Shown here piece after piece: positions 44,192 to 56,048 of a DNA stretch of 64,000 bases (position 1 is the stretch's first letter; each line of letters starts with the position of its first letter). A model generated the notes under the pieces. The model saw only the letters and a program-made list of their open reading frames with translations. It was not told the DNA's origin and did no database searches. The position numbers and the translations under genes were made by a program. This DNA is from Tetramitus jugosus (taxonomy: Eukaryota; Protista; Heterolobosea). The stretch is taken from the NCBI GenBank assembly GCA_937625935.1, contig OW569388.1:186001-250000 (forward strand), written 5' to 3'.

Positions 44192-47100
44192 ATGACAACA
44201 ACAAAAACTTTGGATCATCATCATGACAATGATAATGATAACAACAACAACAACAACAACCATAATAACAACACATGGCATCGATTTGAGCCAAACTTGA
44301 TCGAAAGACCCACATTTGCCGATCATTTCCATCATTTTGTTCTTCAGGAGCCTCAGAAATCACTTCTTCATTTCTTGAATGACTCTGGTCACTTGTTGCA
44401 CAGCTTGACAGCTTCCATGTTGGATGCTGCTGCCATTCGTGTCGCTCAATTCTTGTTATCATCGGAGAAAAAAAATTTGGCGGGAGATCGCATCATTTTA
44501 CTGTGTGATCCTGGTGTGGATTTTGTGGTTTCGTTTTTTGGTGTCTTGTATGCAGGGATGATTGCTGTGCCTAGTTATCCACCCATGAATGAAAAACAGT
44601 TTAGAAAGTTGTTCATGATTGGTAAGAATTGTAGAGCTAAGACGGTTCTCATGTCAGGAGAGTTCTATCGGATGATGCACAGTGCTCTGCCAGAGCTAGA
44701 GAGAGAATTGGGCATGGATGAGCCGATTCAGTGGTTGAGCATGGATCACGTTTCTGATTTGTCTCGTATTTTGAGCTGTGCTTCGACGAAAAAGACGGTG
44801 GCAGTCGATGAGGCAGCCACATTGCAAAAACGCAGTGATGATTTACAATGGATCGAGTCCATTGTGAGAAATGAGTTTGTTCGACCAGAGATACAGAGTG
44901 GAGATGTGGCGTTTTTGCAGTACACGAGTGGTTCTACGTCGGATCCAAAGGGAGTCATGGTCACTCATCAGAACATTTTGTTGCATACGTCAATGATTTG
45001 TCGTGTGTTTGAATACTCTGGAAAGGATACTAGTGTTACTGTAAGTGTGTCTTTTTGTGTGCGTGACCTCTAGTTTATTTACTTGTTTTGTGGGCATCCA
45101 TTTTTGACTGTAATATTTTGATGTGTATTTGTGTTTGTGTGTCCATTGTCCATTCTAGTGGCTTCCTCCCTATCATGACATGGGATTGATTGGATCTCTG
45201 TTGACTGCAGCTGCTTGCTTAACCACAACCTATGTACTTTCTCCGTTGGCATTTGTCAATAATCCAATTGTGTGGTTACAGACGGTTACGAAATACAAGG
45301 CAACAATTACGGGTGGACCTAATTTTGGTTACGAGTATTGTGCATTGCGTGTTTCTGAAGCTCAATTGGCTCAGTTGGATTTATCTACATTGAGACTGTG
45401 TTATACTGGTGCAGAACGTGTGTAGTATTTTGTCGCATTTAGATTGTTAAGTTTGTCTATGATGAAAGAGTTTGATAGTCTAATATTTGTTCATTTTATC
45501 TGTGTTTGATGACGTAGCGATTCGACTGTCGACCATGCAACACTTTTCACAAAAGTTTGCTTCGGTTGGATTTCGATTCGACACTTTCTATCCATGCTAT
45601 GGTCTCGCAGAAGCAACACTCATGGTGTCTGGAAAATTGACAAGCAAGGAGTTGATTAAACATATTCGAGTGGAGCAGAGAGCGCTTCAAGCCAATAAGA
45701 TTAAGCTATTGAGCGAGTCCAGTGGAGATAACCAACAAATATTGGTATCTTCTGGAAATTCGAGTCATATTCAACCTGTGAAAATTGTGAACGCAGAGAC
45801 GAGAACGTATTGTAAAAATACTTATGAAATTGGCGAAATTTGGGTGCAGCGAAACGGACAGACACCTATTGGATATTGGGCAAACGAACAGCTCACAGAA
45901 GAGTCGTTTTATGCACGAACGAGCGATGAGAACGATCAGACAGAATATATGAGAACAGGCGATTTAGGATTCGTTGATGAGCAAGGAGCTCTATTTGTAT
46001 GTGGTAGAATCAAGGATTTGATTATTATTCGAGGTAGAAACATTTATCCGCAGGATGTTGAGGCAGTTGTCGAGAATTCTTCTCCTCTCGTGAGAAATGG
46101 ATGCTCTGCTGCGTTTAGCGTTGAGCACAGTGCATGTGAGCGCTTGGTTGTAGTTTGTGAGGTGAAGGACGTGAGTAAGCAAGACACCGAAAAGATACAA
46201 ACACTGTCGGAGTCAATGGTGAAGTCAATATCGGATGAGTTGCAAGTTCGAGTGAGCACCATTATATTTATTAAGCCAAAGACAATTCCTAAGACGACCA
46301 GCGGTAAAATTAGACGATTTGAGTGCAAGCAGTTGTTTAATGATCAAAAGTTGGAGGTAATTGCTACGATGGAGTTCGAAAACGAAGTCGAGAAAATTCA
46401 GATAACATCCAATGATGCAGTTGAATCGCATGAACCTGCTTCCTTTTTGCATTCTGAAAGTCACTTGCTCGTCGTTCAGCAATTGGTGTCTCGGTTAGCA
46501 CAAACGCTGAACATTAGTGAAGATTTGATCGATATTAATCGCCCATTCTCCGAAATGGGATTAGATTCACTGAAAACCTCCCTGTTGATTGGTGAGCTGG
46601 GCAAGGTTCTCGATAGAGAGTTATCTCCGATAATATTTTATCAATTCCCAACAATTAATTCGTTAGCCGATCATCTATGTGCAAATCAGCAAAACACAGA
46701 TTCAAGTAACATTAATCATCAAAAGTATGGCCCAATGGAGGATATTGCCATTGTTGGTATGTCATGCAGATTGCCAGGAGCAGACAACCTGGAGCAATTC
46801 TGGACTAATTTACTGTCTGGAACCAATGCTCCTTCATCCTTGCATCCAAAGTATAGAAGAAGTTCATTCCCTGTCTCCTACATTGATAATGCCTTCCAAT
46901 TTGATCCAGAATTCTTCTCTATATCTCGACGAGAGACCAAGTCTATGGATCCTCAACAACGGATACTGTTAGAGGTTTGTTGGGAAGCATTGGAGGATGC
47001 AGGAGTTTCCGCAGAGGTATTGAACAATTCAGACACTGGGGTTTTCGTTGGTGCTTCTTCATCCGACTTTGCTCTCGAAAGTTACAAGTATTCAGGACTC

Positions 47101-50100
47101 AATTCTGCTCATTCAGCAACTGGAGCTGCTTTATCTATTTTGGCTAATCGATTGTCATATAGTTTCAATTTAAGAGGTCCTTCCATGGTTTTGGACTCTG
47201 CTTGCAGCTCCTCTTTGCTAGCCGTCCACCAAGCTTGTCAAAGCATTCGAGCTGGAGATTGTTCTATGGCTCTTGCTGCTGGTGTCAATCTCGTTCTGGC
47301 TGACACTATCTCTCAGTCACTGGTTACTGCAAACTTCTTGTCTTCAGATGGACAATGCAAAGCATTTGACGCTGAAGCGGATGGTTATGTTAGAGGGGAA
47401 GGCTGTGGTGTTGTCGTTCTGAAGCCACTATCGAGAGCATTGAGTGACAATGACCAAGTATACGCGCTTATCAAGGGTTCTGCAGTTGTTCAGGACGGAA
47501 GAAGTAACGGACTCACTGCTCCAAATGAGAAAGCCCAGGAGTTGGTTATATCAGAGGCATGCAAGAGAGCTAACGTCGATCCAGCCCAAATTACCTTTGT
47601 GGAGTGTCATGGAACAGGAACCTACTTGGGCGATCCAATTGAAGCACAAGCATTGGGCAGTATCGTAGGAAAATCTACTCGAGAGGTTCCATGTATTATT
47701 GGATCTGTGAAATCGAATATTGGGCATTTGGAAGCTGCTTCTGGTATTGCATCTTTGATTAAGACAGCTCTCGCAGTTCAATCTAGGCGTTTACCAGCAA
47801 CCGTCAACCTCAAAACTCCAAATCCGTTGATTCCTTTTGATAAATACTGCCTTGAGTTGGCTAGAATAGAGCATGAGTTGCCGGAGCAAGTGATTGCTGG
47901 AGTCAGTAATTTTGGTTTCGGTGGCACAAATGTTCACGCTATTTTGGCTTCTGCACCAAAGAATATTGGTACAAAGAATGCTGTGGTGGATAACTCATTG
48001 ATCAAGCAATATGTTTTTCCATTTTCTGCAAAGAATGAACATTCATTGAAGCATTTGGTTGGCAAGTATATCAACTTTTTGCAGAATGCAGTTGATGCTG
48101 GAGACTCATTCCTAAGCAACTTGAGTTATTCTCTTTGCATTAGAAGAACTCATCTTCCTCAGAGGATTTGTATTTGCGCTTCAAACACATCTGACTTGAC
48201 TCAGGAGCTAAAGAAGTACCGCAATGGAAAGGATTCAGTTCATATGAAGAAGGGCTTTGTTGCCTCCAACTCGGTTTCATCTGTCGTTTTCGTTTTCCCA
48301 GGACAGGGAGTTGATCAAGTGAGTCATGCTAAATTCTTATTATCAAATCCGGTATTCCATTCAAGCATCAAGACGATTGAAAGGGCATTCCAAGAGCTGG
48401 TTCCAAATATCAGCTTTGAGCACATTATTAATAACTATGAAGCACTGAAAGAGGATCTCTTGTCTGTGCAGAGTAGTGTGTTTGCAGTTCAAGTTGCATT
48501 AAGTAGCTTGTGGACATATCTTGGTGTTACGCCATCGGCTCTCATTGGTCATTCACTCGGTGAAATTACAGCAGCATATCTTGGTGGGGCATTAACACTT
48601 CAGAACGCAGTCCGTATTATTTACTCTCGCAGTATTGTAATGCAGAAGAAACTGAAAGGCAGAGGCAAAATGATCATTGCCCGATTATCTAAGGAGGCGG
48701 CTACTGAAATTGTTCAGAATATTGAAGGAGTGTCAATTGCAGCTGTGAACTCTACACGATCCATTACATTTGCTGTTGATATTGAACAAGTGGCAGTAAT
48801 GAATGCTCTCCTTTCGGATAATTCCGTTTCTCACAAATACTTGGACATGGACTATGCATTCCATTGTCCACGAGTTGATGAGGTCACACCTGAATTCTTG
48901 CAACTTGTGAGGGATGTGAATGCTCAGTCTTTGCAAATTCCAATATATTCTACCACAAAGGGAGTCAAGCTCTCAAGAGAAGATGGTAAGACACTTACAG
49001 GAGAGTATTGGGTAAAGAACATGGTCAATCCTGTTCTATTTGAAACAGCCACTCAACTAGTGCTTCAGGAGAAGCGAAACATCGGCATGAGACATTTGTT
49101 TATCGAGGTGGCTGGAAGAGAGGTGTTGAGTCCTGTGGTTCAACAAATTATTCACTCTTGTGCTGATAGCACACATAAGTCAGTTGCTACTGTACACAAG
49201 AGCACAACTGAACTACATGCAACTCTATTCGCTTCTCTCTATGCAAGTGGAGTTAACTTTAACTGGGAGCGAGCACTCGGAGCAACTCTAGGCAGTGAAT
49301 ACGTCAGACTTCCAAATTATAGCTGGCTTCACTCTACTCCGTTTGTTCCTGCCTTCATCAATAAGAATAAGATCGAGCTTGAGAGTGAGCCTTTGAATGT
49401 TAATGATATTGTTGAGGGAATTAAAACTGAAGAAGTGGATGACTTTGAGAGTATGAAGGAGTTTGGATTATTGCTTGATAATATCTGCATAGCATATATC
49501 CTGTGTGCGTTGGTCAATATGGGATGGTCGGACATATTTAAGCAAGGCAATGTTGTAACGTTGGATCAGGTGATGAAGGAGTTGGCCATTCACTCAAGTC
49601 ACGCCTCCCTATTCACTCACATTATGCACACTCTGGAAAAGAATAACTTTTTGAATCCAAGTAATGTGAATACATGGCAAATTATGAAGACTTTAACGTC
49701 TCAGAAACATCTGACAGAATCAATCGAGCACATGCTACAACAAGGACGAGTGAACTTCCCAACATTCTTGGCTGAATTTAACATGATTGAGCGAAGTGGA
49801 AAGGAGCTACACAATGTTTTGCAGGGTAAGGTGAATGGTTTACAGATTCTATTCCCTAATGGATCCATGGACAACACTGAGGCTCTTTATGAGCGATCTG
49901 CTTTGTCTGAGGCCTACAACAATCAAGTGTGTCTATTCTTTGAGAGAGCAATGGCCACCATATCCACAACAGCTGGCAATTCAAGATACAAGCAAAAGAT
50001 TCTAGAAATTGGAGCTGGAACTGGTGGATTGACTTCTCATGTGCTAGAGACATTGTCAGCCGAGAATTTGAGTCCAAACAACAAGGATTTACGTACGGCT

Positions 50101-52263
50101 ACTATCCATGAATATGTATTCACTGATGTGTCAAAGCTGTTCCTATCGTATGCTCGACAAAAGTTTTCTGCTTGCTCTTACATGAAATACCAGTTATTGG
50201 ATGTCGAAAAGAGTCCTTCAGTGCAAGGTTTCAAGAAGCATTATTATGACTTTGTTCTTGCTGCCAATGTTCTGCATGCAACAATGAACCTACATGAAAC
50301 ACTGAAGAACATTAAGGAGTTATTGAAACCAGGTGGTGTTCTTGTCATCCTGGAGGTCACGAAGCCAACACTCTTCTTGGATCTGACATTCGGTTTATTG
50401 GACGGATGGTGGCGATTCTCTCAACACGGTAAGCAGGATATGAGAGATTCGTATCCGCTTCTCAGCTGGAGCGAGTGGAGTCTGTTGCTCACTGAAGCAG
50501 GATTTGCAAATGTGAATAGAATCAGCAGTCAGATCAGCTCGGCACATGCCATCGAAGAAGAATTCCAATCTGTAATGATCGCTCAACTACTTGAAATTCA
50601 AGACGAAGATAATGATGATCAAGAGGATGAATTGTCTGCCAGTGAGGTTAACCAAGCGCATGTTGTTGGTGATCAATTCAAGATTGATGATTCCGCATTT
50701 GAAAACATTAAGCGTTTAATTGAAGAGATCAAGCATGATAGATCAAGTGCTATTGCACTCAATACTCAGCTTCTTCAGTTTGTTCGTAATGTAGTCTCTC
50801 AAACTCTAATGATACCAGAGTCTGATCTAGACATAGATCAGAGTCTTGATAGCTTGGGTCTGGACTCTTTGATGGGTCTAGAGATCAGAAACTTGTTACA
50901 AAACAAGCTCGATGTTAAGATTCCAATTTCTGCCTTGATTGGAGAGGAGGGAGATGGATCTGGAATCACTATTGCCAGTTTGACACAGACAATGACCAGA
51001 GCCATTATGGTGTCCGAGGAACCGATCGAATCAGAACAACCAGATGACAACGTTGTGGAGCAATCGCAAGAAGAGGTCTCCAACGGCTTCTCTGATGCTG
51101 TGGAAGAGATAGTACACAACACGGCGAGTATGGATTCGAATGGCACAAAGGCCTGCATTCTTGCGATGGGAGTTGCCACTCCAAAATACAAGTACACGCA
51201 GAAGGAGATGGCTGAAATGGCTGTTGACTACTATGGTATCGAAAGTGATGAGGATAAGAAGCAACGATTGTACAAAATATTTGATGGATCTGAGATTGAT
51301 ACTCGCTACTCTGTCTGTGATTTTAGTACCATTAACAGACGAGAGGTATTTACATCATTCCAAGCAAGAAACCAAATTTATGAGACTGAAGCTGTCGAGC
51401 TGGCTGTTCAATCAGCAACAAAGGCATTAGAAGATTGGGGTGGCGACAGAAGCAACATTACTCACATTGTAAGTGTGAGCACAACAGGTAACAAAATTCC
51501 AGGTATCGAGTTTGAATTGGTGCATCGTCTCGGTCTATCCAAACATGTGGAACGCATTGCCGTAAACTTCATGGGTTGCTTCGGAGCTTTGCCTGGTTTG
51601 AAGACTGCCGTTTCATTTGCACAAATGAACTGCAAGAATCGTGTCTTGTTCGTGTCAACTGAGATTTGCAGCACGCACATTGAACCAGAGCCTACAACTG
51701 AGAACTTTGTCAGTTGTGCTATTTTCGCTGACGGATCTGCTGCAGCAATCATTGGCTGTGGTGATCCAGAGTTTGACAGTTTTGAAAGACCGCACTTTGA
51801 AGTTTTGAAGACAACCAGTTTTGCTATTCAGAACAGTTTGGACAAGATGTATTGGAAGGTGACTGATGCTGGATGGAGACTTGGTCTCTCAAAGGACATT
51901 CCTGATTTGATCTTCAATAACATTGAAACATTTTCAAAGGAGATGCTCGGCGCAAGACATGGAAGTGTTGCCAATATTCCAAAGCTGGATGCCGACTGGG
52001 CAGTACATCCAGGAGGAAAAGCAATTTTGATTGCTGTCGAAAAAGCCCTGGGGCTAACAAAAGAGCAAACAAAGCACAGTTGGAGCATTATGAAAGACAG
52101 AGGAAACATGTCCAGCAGCACAATTCTGCACGTCTTGCAAAAGATGATCAAGGAAGAACGTGAGAACTCTCATATGAAACAGAAGGCATTGACATGCTGT
52201 ATGGTGTTCGGACCGGGACTTACGATGGAAGGTTGTATTCTTAGAAGATTGAATAATAATTAA
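44192..52263 (+). CDS. Hybrid FAAL-ACP-KS-AT-cMT-ACP-type III PKS megasynthase (~2617 aa); exons 44192-45040, 45159-45417, 45518-52263
   Basis: Splicing restores the FAAL motifs T|WLPPYHDMGLIG and GAE(P)IR. Also FLQYTSGSTSDPKG, YGLAEATL, RTGDLG, PKTTSGK; ACP GLDSL x2; KS DSACSS/HGTGT/NIGHLE; AT GHSLG/YAFH; MT LEIGAGTGG/NVLHAT; type III GCF/HPGG/GNMSS/FGPG. Confidence 0.95.
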
Positions 52264-52322
52264 TTTATTGAGTAAAGGAATTGGTAATGTGTTCACCAAT
52301 GTTGCAACTTCTCTCTGTCCTT

Positions 52323-54401
52323 TCAATCAACATCCAAATCCAACGGTTCACCATCTGCCAACAAATCATGAAGCAATTGTTCATCGAATGAATCCCACAG
52401 TACAACATTGGAGTCACCTGCTTCCGTCCTAACAGTTTTACGCTGATCGTTCGGAGAGGCATCAGAATCGAGGTTGTCCTTGAATAGAATCTCGGGCGTT
52501 TGTTGTCCATCTCTAATCAACTGTACTTGCTCAATTGCTCTCTCTTCTTGTGGTACTACTGCAGAGTAAATGATTGAACTCATGTGTTTCTCCTTCTCCT
52601 GAATGGCATTCTCTTTTTGTTGTCTGGCAAGTGCAAGTTCAATCTTCTCCTCATCAGTCAGACCAACACTCGTCGGTCGCTTGCTTCCATCAATCGTATG
52701 GGCTTGAATACAACTCAAAAGATCACGTATGACATCACTGTGCTCCTTCTCAATCATGGAGAACTTTGTGGCAGCAGTGGCCAAGTGATAGTAGCCCAAT
52801 CGAATATTCATCAAGAGTCTTGTTACCACTTCTGGTGTTGCGTCCTGTATGTCTCGATCAACACTGAGTCCGTTGTTGAATTGACTCACGTACATCAAAT
52901 GGATACGAGAAGCAAACGCAACGTATTGAATGGGAGCGGGACAATACGTGAACAACATGATGTGCTTTGAGACGTCTTCTGTGATGATATCAGCAAACTT
53001 GCTCAATTTTTCGATCGAGATATCAGGTGTGGCAAACATGAGCTGTAAACGAATGCCGTTACTGATCAATCGATAGTAGAAATGGAAGAGAACTTCACTC
53101 ATGTGTGTCTGTTGATTGTTTGGCCTCCAGTAGCCATGAAGAAGACACTCCGCATAGTCAACATAACTACTCACAGCAATAATATCACCCAGATCATCTG
53201 GAAGAGACATGAATGCCTTTAAGCTCTCAATTGGGTGTTCTTCTTGGTTGGGATGCACTCGAGGTTCAATACCACGAATGAGGACTTGAAGTGCACGAAC
53301 ACCATCTCTATAATCTGAAAACTTTCCCTTGAGACATAGGGCGACCAGAGCCAAACATTTGTGCACTACTGCGAGCTTCATTTTCTGACTCGCGTCCAAA
53401 TCTTCCTTTTTCACCAAGTGAAGATAATATTCAATTGCTTCTTTGTAAACTATTATTCTCCGCTCTTCTCCTCCTTCTCCAATCAAGTAGTAAGAAGCAA
53501 GGGCCAAGGCACAAATGAGGTAAACTTTGTCTTCGTTTGAGAATTTCAAGCTTCGAACCGTTTGTTTGTTCAAATAATCTCTAAACAATCGTTTGCACTG
53601 TTCAAATGTTCTTCTTGCAACAACAGAATGACCCAACCTCTGCAACGTAAAAGCTTGAATGCACAAGTATAGAAGAATCTTGGTTCCTGAACAAGTCTTC
53701 TTCTTGGATCGTTTGCTTCTCTTGGGAGAACCGTTACTGACGTCTTGGTCGTTTGAAGCATCGTTAAAAAAGTTTTTGGACGAGTAGTGCTTGTGGTTGA
53801 AGTGACCCAACTTTTCAACGTCTTCTCGACTCCACAATCGTTGTTCCCTCAATTGCTGTTTCTGTCGAATCAGATTGGTTTGTTGTTGTTGCAAAAGGTC
53901 GGAACTTGTAATGTGAAGGTTCTCTTGTAAAGTGTTGTCAATTGACAATTCTGTTGAGTATTCTTGAATTGCCGCAATAGTGTCATTCAATTGAGAAACG
54001 AGTTGAATGAGTTGACGGATAGTTTCCCTATCTAACATTGGAAATCCGTGAGAGAAAATATCAATGTAACTGTCCAACATTTGACTCATGTTTGTTACAT
54101 AATTTAGCTTGTTGTATATTTGTTGGACTCGATTGTTGAAGCGAACAGCAGGTAGAGACATTGATGAGAAGGACAATGAAGTGTCTACTTCGTCCGCAGA
54201 AGTCATGGTGGCTGACTCCTGGTGTCGCGCAATTTTGATTTTATTGTTGGGAGAGCCATCATCCATTGTTGGATGATCTGACAAGGCTCTCGCTCGCTTC
54301 AAAGATCGTGAGGGACTACTTGTTCCACGAGAAAATTGCATGGTATTGATCTTTCGTTTTGTTTGATATAATGGATTCTCTTCGTGGTAATAACTTTCCA
54401 T
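52323..54401 (-). CDS. Hypothetical helical protein, possibly transcription-factor-like
   Basis: Basic NLS-like patches, Gln-rich segment, helical core, acidic C-terminus; no DNA-binding motif recognised. Confidence 0.6.
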   Translation of the reverse strand: MESYYHEENPLYQTKRKINTMQFSRGTSSPSRSLKRARALSDHPTMDDGSPNNKIKIARHQESATMTSADEVDTSLSFSSMSLPAVRFNNRVQQIYNKLNYVTNMSQMLDSYIDIFSHGFPMLDRETIRQLIQLVSQLNDTIAAIQEYSTELSIDNTLQENLHITSSDLLQQQQTNLIRQKQQLREQRLWSREDVEKLGHFNHKHYSSKNFFNDASNDQDVSNGSPKRSKRSKKKTCSGTKILLYLCIQAFTLQRLGHSVVARRTFEQCKRLFRDYLNKQTVRSLKFSNEDKVYLICALALASYYLIGEGGEERRIIVYKEAIEYYLHLVKKEDLDASQKMKLAVVHKCLALVALCLKGKFSDYRDGVRALQVLIRGIEPRVHPNQEEHPIESLKAFMSLPDDLGDIIAVSSYVDYAECLLHGYWRPNNQQTHMSEVLFHFYYRLISNGIRLQLMFATPDISIEKLSKFADIITEDVSKHIMLFTYCPAPIQYVAFASRIHLMYVSQFNNGLSVDRDIQDATPEVVTRLLMNIRLGYYHLATAATKFSMIEKEHSDVIRDLLSCIQAHTIDGSKRPTSVGLTDEEKIELALARQQKENAIQEKEKHMSSIIYSAVVPQEERAIEQVQLIRDGQQTPEILFKDNLDSDASPNDQRKTVRTEAGDSNVVLWDSFDEQLLHDLLADGEPLDLDVD

Positions 54402-54671
54402 ATTTATTTGGGGGATAGATATTTTTGTAATAGTTTACTTCATACCATTTTCTTGTCGTTTCATCTGTCGCTCAATCGTAGTTCCTTTTTTCCCGATGAA
54501 CAAACTTTACAAATTCAACTTCAAATGAGAAACTTGCGGTTGTCAGCTCTGACCAAGAACGAAAATGACTTCCCTCATTCAGCTCTGCTGAATCGAAATC
54601 TCGTGGAAGCAAAACAGAAAATCCATTTTCTTCCAACAAACGAACAAACTAGTAAACAACAAGAAACCAAA

Positions 54672-56033
54672 ATGACATGTCTCCTAGGCTCGGGAGAGTC
54701 AACTCAAGATTTCGAGAACTCTCCATCAGATGACATGCATAAAGACAAGCAGATTTCATCACAATGTCAAGACCACCACCACCAAGAACAATCTGACAAC
54801 ATGGAAATTCATCTTTTATGTTACAATGTGTTTATGAGACCATTTGTTCATACGAATCGGGGCGGAGATTTCAAGTCGGAGAGATTGAGCGCGCTTTTAA
54901 AGGATGAACGGTTTTTGAAGTGTGGTATTGTTGCGCTTCAGGAAATGTTTGCTCTGGGTTCGAACCGTACACGGTTGATGATTGATTATTGTGCGCGAAA
55001 TTTGGAGTTGAAATATCATGTTTCGATTGCGGCGGAGTTTTTTCGGGGAAAACCGATTGACTCTGGATTGTTTATTCTGAGCAAGTATCCGATTGTTGAG
55101 AAGGATTACATTGTATTTACAAAGGGAAAGGATATTGATGGTTGGTGCACAAAAGGTGTTCTTTCTGCGCTCATTGAAATTCCTGTTTCTCCGAATTTGA
55201 GCGACACAAAAAGGAGTTGTAAAGTTTTGGTCATGACAACTCATACGCAAGCAGAGTACGATGAAAAGAATCCCATCTACTTCTCGATACAAAAGTCCCA
55301 ATTGCTTGAAATGAGGCGCTTTTTAGACAAGAAAAAGAAGGAATACCCAAATGTTCCCATGATTCTCATGGGTGATTTCAACATTAATGCACGGCTGTTT
55401 GATCAGTCACCAGAGGATATCTTGGCTCGTGAATCATCATCTGCGACGTATGATACGATGATGCGCATGTTGTCATGGAGGATAACAGAACAGGAGCTTG
55501 CTAGTATTGTTGGTGATCAACAGGTGCCATCAGCTCTGAAATACAAGATCGAAGAGGACTCGAGTAAAGGTAACATAGAAGTAGAACAACTAGAGAAAGA
55601 AAAGGAAGAAAGGAAAGATAACGACTGGAAAGATCTAGTGAGAGAATTTCAAGGAAAACATCCAGTTACATTCGCAGATGGCAAATGGAATGATGAATCA
55701 AAACGGTGGGAAACTTTGGAGACTTGCCTAACGCATCCTCTGATGTACAGTGCCCGACAACGCTTAGATTACATTTTCTATTACAATCCGGTTGAGAACT
55801 CATCCTTTGGATTGAAACCTATTTCGGCCCAGGTAGAACCATTCTTTGTCACTGGTCACCGTTTCACACAGTTGTCAGATCACTATGCTGTTATGTGCAC
55901 CTTGCAAGTTTCACAACAAGAGCCCATTGATGAGAAGGCGAGTGACAACACGCCAACCAACCATGAACAAGTGTTGGTGGAGTGCAAGGTATCATCCGCG
56001 GATGTTGAGGAAAGCGAAATTGAACAAAGTTAA
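54672..56033 (+). CDS. EEP-superfamily phosphodiesterase, neutral sphingomyelinase/ISC1-like (start uncertain; ORF open from 54384)
   Basis: CYNV, LQE, SGLFILSKYPI, TKG, THTQA, GDFN, LDYIF, SDHY. Confidence 0.87.
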   Translation: MTCLLGSGESTQDFENSPSDDMHKDKQISSQCQDHHHQEQSDNMEIHLLCYNVFMRPFVHTNRGGDFKSERLSALLKDERFLKCGIVALQEMFALGSNRTRLMIDYCARNLELKYHVSIAAEFFRGKPIDSGLFILSKYPIVEKDYIVFTKGKDIDGWCTKGVLSALIEIPVSPNLSDTKRSCKVLVMTTHTQAEYDEKNPIYFSIQKSQLLEMRRFLDKKKKEYPNVPMILMGDFNINARLFDQSPEDILARESSSATYDTMMRMLSWRITEQELASIVGDQQVPSALKYKIEEDSSKGNIEVEQLEKEKEERKDNDWKDLVREFQGKHPVTFADGKWNDESKRWETLETCLTHPLMYSARQRLDYIFYYNPVENSSFGLKPISAQVEPFFVTGHRFTQLSDHYAVMCTLQVSQQEPIDEKASDNTPTNHEQVLVECKVSSADVEESEIEQS

Positions 56034-56048
56034 AAGTACGAAAAATAT

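Noticed and set aside
44192-52263. NRPS adenylation module or bacterial contaminant
   Set aside because: Motifs are FAAL-type with no condensation domain; spliceosomal introns and contiguity with RPN1 indicate a host gene.
39798-56033. Multi-gene biosynthetic cluster around the PKS
   Set aside because: Neighbours are GGH, RPN1, an orphan and an nSMase-like gene; no PPTase, halogenase, O-methyltransferase, oxidase or transporter is adjacent.
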